In this document: in pieces, positions 11,860 through 23,000 of the stretch
Numbering within the stretch: position 1 is the stretch's first letter
How the letters are laid out: the number at the start of each line of letters is the position of its first letter
From: Paraphysomonas bandaiensis
Lineage: Eukaryota; Protista; Chrysophyceae
Reading direction: 5' to 3'
Assembly (NCBI GenBank): GCA_965644295.1
Contig: CBFFRP010000218.1
Location: 310,001 to 374,000, forward strand
DNA: 64,000 nucleotides
Translations under genes and position numbers: made by a program
Notes under the pieces: generated by a model
The model's input: only the letters and a program-made list of their open reading frames with translations
Databases searched by the model: none
Told to the model about the DNA's origin: nothing

Positions 11860-14800
11860 TTATTGGAATAGAAATCGCATATCATCAACAGTTAGCCGCA
11901 CCATAGAGCTTGCGTCGCCACCAACAGTGCCATCAAAGACGAGCTTTTTCTTTTCTTGTAGCCGCAATATGCGCTCCTCAATCGAATCTTCCACGATAAA
12001 GCGCGTGGCAAATATAGGCTTATGCTGTCCCAAACGATGAGTTCTGTCGATTGCCTAAGAATAAAACTGAACAGTCAGTTGACATAACGTATATATATAA
12101 ACCTGCATTTCAGCAGCCGGATTCCACCAAGGATCCATAATAAAAATATAATTGGCGGCCGTTAAATTTAACGCAACGCCTCCAGCTTTAAGAGAAATCA
12201 ATAACACGCTCATGTCAGGACTTTCGTGGAAATTTTTTATAATCTGCGGTAGTGTGTGAGTAACAAGGAGAGACAATTAACTCCGAGCACAACCTTGTCC
12301 CTTGCGTCTATATTCATACTTCCCACAAGCTTGGAACAGTTGATTCCCCCAAGTTGTATGCGATATTCAATGAGCTGCGCATATCAGATAAAAGACATAA
12401 ATACGAAGCTACTCACATCAAGAAAATTCACAAATTGGCTAAACACAATTGCTTTTGCTCCAGGATCCGCAGATAACATAAAGTTCAGCTCCTACGAGCA
12501 GCACTTATTGTGACGATACATTAAAATCCGATTACTATGTTACCTGCATTAATGCCTCCAGCTTGGTGCTTGACTGAAAAGAGTCCAGCTTTATTTTACT
12601 AAGAAATGATTTCTTTCTAGACTTCGATGAGTCCCATATCGACAGGCCATTATCGGGCAGCGTGGCACTATCACGAGGTTTCTCAAGTTCTACTGAAAGT
12701 GGTTTCTCACACTGTGGGCATACCGCAGAGTCAGTAGCAGATTCGGACTGTAAAACATTCAGATACTCCAATACACAAGGCTCACAGAAACAATGACCAC
12801 ACTGAGCTAATCTGGGCTCTTCAATTGGTTCGTGGCAAAAACCACAGGTACTAAGATCAGAATTCAACTCAGTAGATATTGCTGTTGACGCAGCAGCCGA
12901 TGAGTCATACGATGACATACCATTTTCGTAATATTTATCACTGTGCAGTACCAAATAAGGGTGATCAACTACTTGCCGCAATCTAATTAATATGTCAAAT
13001 ATATGCGCATAATTATGAAGAACTGTTCCCGATGCAACATAAGTATTAAACTGGGCTTGAGATTGGGTGTATAAAGCTTGGTAAAAATCTTCTTCTTGAA
13101 GATCCATTTTATCCATCCGTACTTTTACGATCCTATAATATATCTTGATGGTACGAAGTAGAATTTTAAAATGCCACACCTTTGAGGCAATTGAATATCA
13201 CTAGATCTCGTATTTTTCGTGCGCCGGAGAAGAATTTCGTCAAGAACCTAAGCGAAATTAGCTTGCAATAAAGCAACGCGTACTGACCTGCTCTTTTAGT
13301 GTTAACATAGCCCGTTTACCTTCTCCAATGTATCCTGTTCGTTTTATGGGGTTAAGAATGTGCTTATTAAAATGGCAAAAGTGCTGCATCGCAGTGTGCC
13401 CACAATCATCACAAAGCCCATTAGTGAATCTCTGACAAAGTATATCACTGTAATTGAATATATCCTTTCGTCAATATAACTTACATAATGCAAACTCTTA
13501 CAATTGCAAGACTTGGTTCGACAGAAATAAAACGCAAACGGATCCATTCGAAGAAACCTTACAAGTGAATATAATTCCCCGACGCGATTTTGAAGAGGAG
13601 TTCCAGTTAAACACCATTTATTCAACGAAACCAAATTAAAAACAGCTTTCGCGGTTGATGTACTGCGATCCTTTATTAGGTGGGCCTCATCTAACACTAC
13701 TCTGAACCAGGAAACTGAGTGCAGCAGAGATGGAACCGATTCGCGAGTGGCTTTTTTGGTAGCCAATGCAATCGCCTTTTCAACCTCCAAGTCTTCCCAA
13801 TCGTCATTCGCAATAAACTTTTTTGCCTTATACTTAGATTTAGCCTTGGAACTTGATGCATCATCATCTTCCTCAGAGCTCGAGGAAGCGCTGTCCGCGT
13901 AGTCACTGTCACTTGCTGATAAGCTCTTCTTACTAGATGTAATACGTTTACTAGATTTACCAGAACGACGCGACTTATTCACGCCGTTAGTACGCAGTCT
14001 ACTATCCTCACTTCCTTTCTTTTTAGTCCCTATACCTTTGGAGTTATTAGACGTTCGAGACTTCCTAATCATCTGCTTCTGGCGGTCAATATCATCTTCA
14101 CTGCTGGAGTCATCACTAGATAGCACTTTTCGTTTTCTACTCATCTTCTTTGGGCCCTTTAACTCAACAACGCTCCTATCCGACTTTGCCGTTCGAATTA
14201 TCCGCTTTTGTCTATCAATATCATCCTCACTGCTTTCTGAATCGCCCACTTCAAAGACTTCGGGCGCTTTTCGATTCAGATTACTTCTTTTCCTCTCTGT
14301 CTTACTCTGAGCAATTGTTCTCTTCGAACTTTCGCCGCAGAAATATTTCCTATGCATGCGCAACTTCTCGGGATAGTATTTCTTTCCACAAATGGAGCAT
14401 GTAATTTTTTTACCGGCAGTTTCGCGACGGTACTCCAATTCTAGTATTTTGTACGATGTTATGACAACATCAGCAGACTGCAACATCTTCAACGCATCTC
14501 GTCCTGCTCGACTATCCCCGTGATACACGTGCAATGTGAGCGAACCAGGCCGCGTAAAACGCTTAATTTCAGTTTGCCACTGACGAATAGCAACCGTCGG
14601 GACAACGACCAATGTATTCGCACGCAATCTATGATCCGGCTGCCTTCCATGTTCCTTGTCAGATCTAGAAAAAGAGTTATAATTTGAAGTATTCTAAATA
14701 TTTCTTCAAACCTACCTATCCCATGTCGACCTTTGTTCCCTACTTTGTTGTCGTGGGCGGTTTCCTAAGATTGTACTTATCGTTTGAATGGTGTTGTGCG

Positions 14801-16525
14801 TAACAATATACTGCGGTTGCTAATGTGAAAACACAGATGTCAACAGAAAACACGAACTCACATTGTCCGTGACGTAGAGGTGATCGGATGACTTGACAGA
14901 TATACATGCAACTTTGGTTTGCCTCAGTGGGGATATTGACGTAATATACCGACTACGCGTCACACATTTTTCTGCTTTGCTGGCATAGATTGAAGCTTTA
15001 GGGAAAATCGAGAAAGGATTAATATGCGTCGCAGTCATATCGATTTTTACGGTCCACTTGTTGCAGTAACCTGATATACCCAAACTACAATCAATTTTCT
15101 CAGCAATGCCACCCAGCGATCTCACAACATCTAACACTATATCACAGAAATATTGGCTTTCAGAAGTCAGTAATATATAGAGATGTTGGCCAGAACAGTC
15201 TATCTTCCCATTCATATCCAAAATACCCCTCAATATTTTAGTGCGGTGCTCTACACTACCCATTAAATATGGAACGGCAATTGATGGTAGTGGTGGATGT
15301 GAAGTAAAATATGGCGACAAAATTTGCTTGAACCTAGACTGTAGATTGTTCCCCATCACAAGTCTCTCCGTAAGTGTCGAGGTATCGTCCCATACATCGC
15401 CCATGATATTTAAAGTGCGCGAGAAGTGCTCCCATTCATTCTCATCGACAGTCAACGCAAGTGGTGTGTCGCAATTGACGGCAGAGGAAAGTAGAACGCC
15501 AAATGTATATGGGTCCAAGAGAAATGAATTACTGTCCTGCATAATCTCAAAGTGAACACTCTTGACTGTCGGGATTCTCCATGTCTTTCGGGGTGATGCA
15601 CAGAGATACTTCTTGGACATGTCATGATACAAATAACGCGTACTAAGAACCTGCCATGAATTCTCTCCCTCATCAGCAAGCCATAGATGGTCATCAGACA
15701 CTTCTACCCCACAGCCATCGTTCATCTGCACCCAAAACGTCTGTCGGACCCCTCTATGATATACACCTGTCACAGGTGTACCACAACCATTACTTCCAAT
15801 AACGCGGTCACCAACTTTGATATCCCCCATAGTCACCCAACCTACGGGAGTCAGGATACGAGAATCCAGCGGCTGTGCCTTACCCTACAGAATAGTGCAC
15901 ATTCTGAGCAACACAACAGCTACACTACAATACGCACCATTCCCATTTCATCGGCAAGTATCCCTCCACGCATCTGAGATTGCTCTTGATGAAGCATCCA
16001 CCCTAATCCCTCTTTTTGATAAGGTAAAAGCGGCATTAAAAGATCATCACCAGGATCTATAGGTATATTCCAATCTTTTCGAACAAGCTCATCTGGGTTC
16101 AGAGGAACCATATCTTGATCGACTTCATTCTGACTTTGCCGCACACGCTGTCTCACAAGGTGCTGTGCTGCAGAGTCTAATTCCGTGAATCCATCAAGAC
16201 TTTCCGCATTAACAATTCTTTTGTCAAACACTGTGCATGGAAGATGCTGCCATCTGGTGGAAATACCCCAGTCGCCGTCTACTATAATACCCACGCGAAT
16301 ATCTTTATGAGGAATTTTTGTGCCACATTTTTTGCATTCTGCTCGACCACTTTTAGCTTCTTCTACGACGTACTCGGGGATGCAAGCTTCAATGTGCTCA
16401 GTAGCCCGTGATGCGGGGCGAGATTGCTCGCTTACTGTGGTAACTACATCATCGAAATCACTGTCAGAAGAAATCACAATGACTTCTTTGGCTGTATCCT
16501 TTTCAATTTTCTTCTTTCCCCTCAT
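11860..16525 (-). CDS. RAD16: RAD16-like SNF2 helicase / RING E3 ligase with N-terminal PARP-type zinc finger; intein-containing precursor
   Basis: Likely ATG at 16525. Motifs in order: zf-PARP ([20 protein letters not shown]), Q motif [12 protein letters not shown], Walker [13 protein letters not shown][intein]TIQTIS, motif Ia [12 protein letters not shown], Walker [11 protein letters not shown], motif [24 protein letters not shown]3HC4 RING ([17 protein letters not shown]), [36 protein letters not shown]-terminus DDMRFLFQ* (TAA 11860-11862). Multiple GT-AG introns keep the frame. Confidence 0.93.
14793..15878 (-). mobile_element. Class-3 (Ala1, W-C-T) intein with degenerate LAGLIDADG homing endonuclease, 345 aa, interrupted by a spliceosomal intron
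   Basis: N-terminus GK|[14 protein letters not shown]; block B VSDDHLW; block [18 protein letters not shown]; after the intron, block G YIVTHN|T. Central DOD-like region: [37 protein letters not shown]. Removing it restores DEMGMGKTIQTIS. Confidence 0.95.
14811..14861 (-). other. 51-nt spliceosomal intron inside the intein coding sequence
   Basis: GTGAGT donor after ...GAC AAT, and CCGCAG acceptor before TAT ATT GTT ACG CAC AAC. Phase 0; contains an in-frame TAG (14820-14822). Confidence 0.9.
15885..15937 (-). other. 53-nt spliceosomal intron within Walker A, 6 nt upstream of the intein
   Basis: ATG GGA ATG|GTGCGT ... CTGTAG|GGT AAG GCA CAG CCG; phase 0. Confidence 0.9.
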
Positions 16526-16877
16526 TAGTGATGGTATTATCTTCGCCACTTAAGAGGAGCATGTACGAATATAGAGGTATGAAAAATGACGTCCAGTCTC
16601 GCCAGAAGAACAGAATCTGTGCGACTGAATTATCGCAGTCATAGAGCACATTCTACACATGTCCATGCGCTGTTTTTTTCATGTGGGATGGTATGTACAG
16701 TAGAGTAGGTACTGTAGATGCGGGAACAAACTCTCCTGCACAAAACGCCTATTTCTAAAACACCGGGTTTTATGTATAATCCCGAAACTAAAATGCAATC
16801 TCAGCCTTGCGAATTCCAGCCCAACCAAAGAAGCCATTAACATATCTGGATATCCGAGCGATATCATTACAATAATT

Positions 16878-17258
16878 ATGAATGAAATATTGCATACGAA
16901 TATTATAACTGAAAATGATCTGGTAAATCTACAGGCTCAGCTGGATGTCCTTTCAGTAGGACGTGGTGATTGTATAACTGTGGAAGCCTCTGGGCCCAAT
17001 GGCACTGAAGAATCAGTTTCTTTTATTCGACTGACGCCTTATGCTCTAGCGGAGCTTCAGCGTAATGCTACGGATCACCATATCAATAAGATACGAGAAT
17101 GTCCGCGTTGTCACAATGCTACAATGTTTGTGAGTGAAAAGTTGAACACCAGTGATGGGAACTGTGGCATTCAGCGTGGGACATTCGTTTGTCCTGATCC
17201 CTCTTGTGCTTTGCAACAGTGTCATGATTATGAGGGCTATGGTGATATTTTTAATTAA
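16878..17258 (+). CDS. Hypothetical 126-aa protein with possible Zn-ribbon (CPRC...CPDPSC)
   Basis: ATG-initiated single ORF divergent from RAD16, with paired Cys motifs; no family recognised. Confidence 0.4.
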   Translation: MNEILHTNIITENDLVNLQAQLDVLSVGRGDCITVEASGPNGTEESVSFIRLTPYALAELQRNATDHHINKIRECPRCHNATMFVSEKLNTSDGNCGIQRGTFVCPDPSCALQQCHDYEGYGDIFN

Positions 17259-19987
17259 CCGTACATTTTCCGGAAATATGGAGAAAATGTTCGAACCATA
17301 TAGGAAAGAGAACGAGAAGGAAGATAAATATCTAGTCCGCAACTCGCTGGAGCAGTACCGTGTAGTGGAATGTGTTTGTTTAGAATTAATTGTTGGAAAT
17401 GTAATAAACTACTGTTAAACCGTGAGTATTGCACATTGTAAATGTAGTATTGCAATACTTAATGGTGCACCTCACATGCATTCGAAAGACTCTGGAGACT
17501 AAAGTGTAAAGTATACAACAAGTCGCAATAATGTCCGTACATCTTCATATCTTCATATTATGACACTCATACCTTCTCTATCATGGTATTCCGTTGCGAT
17601 CATGAAATACCTCTGCAGTAAGCTTTACCATTTTATTTAAATATTACCTTATCCTCATTTTGTCGCTATTTTTGACTTGAATTGGGCTAAACAGAACGCT
17701 CATATTAGCACCGGACAAATATAGACATTCAACTTCAGCATTTGGTTCAATTGAAACTAACGCACTTCTATCCTCATTATGATATTGCCTATCATTTGTT
17801 TGTGATTTCATTATATTATACAATTATAGAGAAAAGAGAAACCTCAATGAGGAGTCAACTATCAAAAGAAGGCCATTAAACACTCCTAATTACCTTCCAT
17901 CCTATTGGCAGTTTAAATATCGCCACTTTATACTGAAAAGTTGTGTAAAAATTGCGAAAATCCAATTCTTACGAAGATTGGTGGAAGACTATAATATCCA
18001 TAGGAGTATCTTACGTAATAATTCATCAAATTAATTAGCAATATGAGCGATAAACTGGTACAAGCTATGAACTCTGAATAATGCTAGTAAGCTCCGTTGA
18101 AAAAGGTCTTCTCTGTTCTCTGTGAATTACTCAAACAAGATACCAGTGGGGCTTCACATTTGCCATGATTGACCGCGACTTGCGATAATGCGAGTTCGGT
18201 TCCGACGTGTTTAGTCTAATGCTTTTACGCATGAACCGTCGCCTCTGGAATGAAACGACAGTTGAGGGTAGCTATATTGGCAGCTAATGTAGTTTAGAAT
18301 TAAATAATAGCAATAATTGAAAATGAGATAGCAAGTAATAATTGTCAATTATATTTGACTAGAACCTGCGCCATATAATTGATATGCAGCCCTGAGTTCT
18401 AATGCCACATCTGATGCTGTATGCTGTAGAGGTGATTCGGAGCAATGACACCCAACCCTTTCAGGATCGTGCTTGTCAGGATTGTATGTGCATTATCATA
18501 CACACAGCATTCGAGTCCGTTGCACTAACAGAGGTTAATCGCATTGTACATAATTGTGATAACGATTCCAATGACAACAACAGGCCTCACATTCATTATC
18601 ACACTTATGTACGAATTTCAATACCTCGCAGTTGCTATTTCCTCAGTATTCTTCTGTGGTAGAGGTATATTTGATGTAGCTATTATCGCCTCAAGTTAGT
18701 CTAGTCTAAATGTCATTTCCTTTTACAGCTGCAACTGATTTGAAGTATTGCTTTGGTTTTTTATTCTTGTTTTCTAATGTTAAATAGGGAACAACTATTT
18801 CGTATTACAGCAAGCAAGCTACAATAGGATATTAGGATTTTAGCATAATAAGGGTAAGCTACAGTTTAACCTGGGTTTAAGGAGTATCATCTTTTGTCTA
18901 ATTTCAAACATTCGGGCTCTTTGCCCTCGTCTCAAAAATTTGAGCGGGACGATATAGCCTCCTTATTGCCCGTGGTTAAATATAACTATTTATACAAGAA
19001 CGACTATTAGACCCAGGTACGTACTTCGATTTGTCTTAATGTAGTCTATATTCTACATCAAAAGTCTGAGACACTTATGATAGAACACAGGTTAATGTAT
19101 TCGAGTAATAGCTTGTATTCGAGTAAAAGAAGTTGTTGTGTTTTTATACCAACTACAGATACGCAGTAACAAATATTTTATAGAAGCAATGTTGTAAATT
19201 TATATTTTTTGTTTCAACAGTGTTCCAGCTTCCTTATTTACAATTCCTGAGAGAGCTACTAATCTATGTGATTTCGTTTGAACACATCTTTTTGTTGGGA
19301 ACAAATACTTTACTGCAAATGTAATATTGTAGGGCTTCTACACATCGGTGAACAGTTTAGGTATATGTAGGTTTCGTCTATTTCCCCGAAGCTGGGGACA
19401 GCTATGTTGAATTTTAACTTGAATCATCCCTATCTATCCTTGATGCTCGCTGTCTGTCTGGATTTATGACTATCTATCTGTAACCTCTTCTTCTTAATCA
19501 TATTTTATTTCTCTCTGTATCCAAGAAGATTTTGATCTATAGGTGTGTCATCATGACGGTGTTTCGCTTTATTGTGCTTGTTGCATGATCATGCCATATT
19601 GGGTTAGGATTGATTACTTTACTTGAAATGTAAAGTTAGTTTAGACGAGAGTGCTTCGAACATGAGCGATATCTCTTCTACTCGGCGTGTATGGTATTCT
19701 ATGCATGTTGTCGCCTCATATGATGGATTTCGTTAGAGCAATTTAATTCGTAGTACAACACTATACAGAGGTTATACAGCGGTATTTGATCTCATCTGTA
19801 TCTGGTTTACCGTATACGTATACACTGCTGTATATCACTATTTGGCCGTTGATTTTCGACAAGATGTAAACTCACAATTTAGCAGCTCCGCAAAGCAGCA
19901 GTCCTTCTTGTGAAGAATACACGATATTATATCAAACCATAATTTACGTTGCACTCTCTACTGTTAGTCAAGCATAGGACGTTGGAG

Positions 19988-21694
19988 ATGCTAACGTCAG
20001 TGTTTTTTTCGCAGTTTAAAACGTTTTGTTACGAGTTGGAACACGATTCGAAGAACCTCCGCGGCGATGTTTCACAGCAACAGAAATTTAAAGGTCGACG
20101 TTGTGTAGTCTGTAGTATTACGCTAATGTTGTTGCAATATTTACCAGACTATAAATTTGATGATGCGTTTTTAAGTAAAGTTGTACGCGATATTGAGAGA
20201 TGTGAACAATCTTTACTAGCCTTACAAGATTCTGTTCATGGTCAGCAATGCGATCAAAACGGTGTTCAGGCTACAGAGAGTGAGGTAATATCATTATTTT
20301 TTGTTTTAAATGGGCAATTACACGTCGATAGATTAAGAATCATTGTGAGCACTTGCTTGCGGCCAATACTTTCATGATGCATTCGTTGAGGACACATTTG
20401 CAGAAGTATGGATACATCGACCATAACCCAGGTAAGATTCAAATAATGAATTGCAACTCTATTTTATCTTTGTGTGTAGAATTTCAATGTGAGAAAGAAG
20501 TCTGTACTTCTGAACCTCCTCACGGACGAAGGTCTGCAGCGGTAGTTCAAACTGAGGAGTTGGCAAGTACTCCAAACTCCACTAGATCCAATAAGCATTC
20601 GTATACACAGTCCAGTAGTACTCCAGTACTTGACGCAAGTCTATTTTCATCTGCTACAAGAAATGTGCTTCAACTTCACTCTCTTCGTCAAGGAGATACT
20701 CCACCAACTTCAGATCCTGAATATGACGGCATACAGGACACATCATCTACTGTTGTGGAATATCTGCAACAAGACTTTTCACCAGGAAGCCATGATCATG
20801 AAATTCACAATCAATTTGTTGGAGTCGACACTAGTGCAGATAGTCCTGTTTTGCCTCGTATCAGAAGCCCTCCACATACTGTTCCTTATGTTTTTCATCC
20901 GCCTCAAACTTCTGAGCAACAAAATCAAGATAGCAATGCCAATATTTCGATTCGTGACCAATGTAACATTGAAGCCAACACATTCTATGCATGCAACTCG
21001 CCGTGCAGCCCACTCTCGTCTAATCCTAGTACACCAGAGTTATCGCCTAGTGCCCTTTGTACAACAACATTGAAAAAAGTGCTATATTTGCCTGACTCAC
21101 TGCCGACATCAACAACTCCGACTGCGAGGGGTCATCATAGCTCATGCGCAGAAATTGACAAAGAAACTATATCTTTTGACGACTCTGATGGATCTGATTT
21201 TGAAGACCACGATAAATCAATTATAGCGTCACTTGATTGCTTCTCCCCACCAAAGACCTCTAAGCTTCTGCAACCAAGGGAAGCGAGAAGTCGTGTGTCG
21301 GATAACACAGAAACAGGATGGATTCCACTTGTATCACAAGAAGAGTGGAACGATGCTCCTTCTTTTCTAAAGCTCCAGGTTTGGATGAAATATTTACAAC
21401 TCTAAATGAAATTTATTTTGTATTTAACTCAAGGTATCGGCCGATGCGCTGAATGGCGCATTATGTGAGTTAAACAAGCATATCGATGCAACCACCGAAT
21501 CAGAAGGATCAAGTTCGCATCGCAAGCGGCATCTAGAAAGTTTTTCGCAAGAAGAGCTTGAACAGATTGTGGATACACATCATATTAGAAACACACCAAT
21601 GCGAGTGGTCGTCCTCGGGCTTGTCCATTTAAAACGACTTGATATTTGTACAGAAAATTCAATAAAAGTTTACAGAGTGCGCAGATTTTACTAA
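19988..21694 (+). CDS. SKA3: Spindle and kinetochore-associated protein 3 (plant/protist type), multi-exon
   Basis: N-terminal helical region ending HCEHLL..LRTHLQKYGY, then an S/T/P-rich linker. The C-terminal exon IPLVSQEEWNDAPSFLKLQ|VSADALNGALCELNKHI..FSQEEL..VVVLGLVHLKRL..KVYRV resembles the plant SKA3 C-terminal domain. Stop at 21692-21694. Confidence 0.75.
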
Positions 21695-22249
21695 GTCGGA
21701 ATAGTGTTCATTAATCTAATACACGCACAAATAATCTATAATGTATACTATTTGATGAGAACAATTCGTTTTCCGAATTGTTTTGGAGCCCAAGGAAGAA
21801 TAGTATTTCGATCAAAATAGTACTTCCAAACTTATTTTCTAAAGAGTACTTGTTTTTTGCAGTGCACAATTACTTTGTAATTGCTTTGTGGGTAGGCCTC
21901 TAATTTATGATGGAAGTTTCCACCGCATTATAGCACTGCAGTATACCAGGGCCTACGCTCAGGTGTCATAATCAACTTTGCACGAATACAGATCCTCTCA
22001 ACAACAACATTAGATTGTGCTTTGATATGAAGCAAGCAGCGGTAGCTTGACTCATTGGTACCAAGTCGGCACTGTCCAGAACACCCTGTGCAAAATCAGC
22101 GCCCGCACTTTTGTCGTGATTGCTGTCGAATGAGAGCAAACTGGCATTCTTAAACGTCTTTAGATCTTTTATCAAGGAATGCCAATTTGTTCGCTCAGTG
22201 TCAGAAGACGAAGGAAGGTGACTCAGTTTTCTTGCAAATTCACTCGGAA

Positions 22250-22500
22250 AATGACTCTGTACATTACACTGTCATCAACTCTTTTTGACCATCATCGTAT
22301 TGCTTAATATATGGTATAAATACAGAGTATAATTATTTTGTCTAGTTGTGAGTTGTGTACTGTAGCTTCTTTCAACTTTGGAAAAAAGGATACTTTTATG
22401 AATGTTTGTTTCTATAGGTGATATATGCATATTTTCAATGCCTTTTTAGAGTTTTTGAGTATGAGTACGTTGCAATATGTTGTTGCTCAGGAATCTATTT
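22250..22500 (+). repeat. Diverged interspersed repeat shared with 30117-30312
   Basis: CCATCATCGT..CTTAATATAT..AGTATAATTAT..TGTAGCTTCTT blocks occur in both. Confidence 0.6.
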
Positions 22501-23000
22501 TCTAACTCATATATCATTAAGTTTACCGCTAATAATCAATAAAGTTTCCACAAACTAGGTATAGAGTTGCATGAGCATTGTATTGTCCAGATTTCACTTA
22601 GTTCTATATATAGCGTAATATATCAAGTGCCAGTACACTCTATTAACGGGATGCCATTAATGGTCCATTAATTGTAGTCCAGTTCCCAGCAATTATAATG
22701 GCATTACCATTAACGGTTCTCAGGCCCTGCAGTATACAGTATACTGGTTGGATCACATTCAAAGAATGGCTAATTTGCTTTAACTACGTAGTACTATCAA
22801 GCTCCCAAAATATAGAAGCCAATAAGTACTATTTGCTGTTGAAAAGTGGATAACTTGTGCATAAGATATAAGATAGTGTGTGAAGTGTGAAGTAGAGAAA
22901 AAAGTATTTAAATTTATTTGAATGCCAGTTGTACTCTGTAGATATTTAAAAAAAATTATATTTAATAAAATTTATTGTCTTAGTCATCGTACAGTATCAG

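Noticed and set aside
13770-14410. Second insertion element within RAD16 (C2H2-like motif plus K/S/D-rich tract with duplicated [10 protein letters not shown])
   Set aside because: No intein motifs. The C..CGK....KL..H.KYFCG motif and charged linker also occur in plant-type Rad16 proteins.
14820-15836. Stand-alone homing endonuclease or Hedgehog-like HINT gene
   Set aside because: The ORF is in frame with the helicase GK upstream and, via an intron, with THN|TIQ downstream. It is an intein, not a separate gene.
21972-22230. Coding-like minus-strand fragment
   Set aside because: No ATG, no recognisable family, no supporting exons
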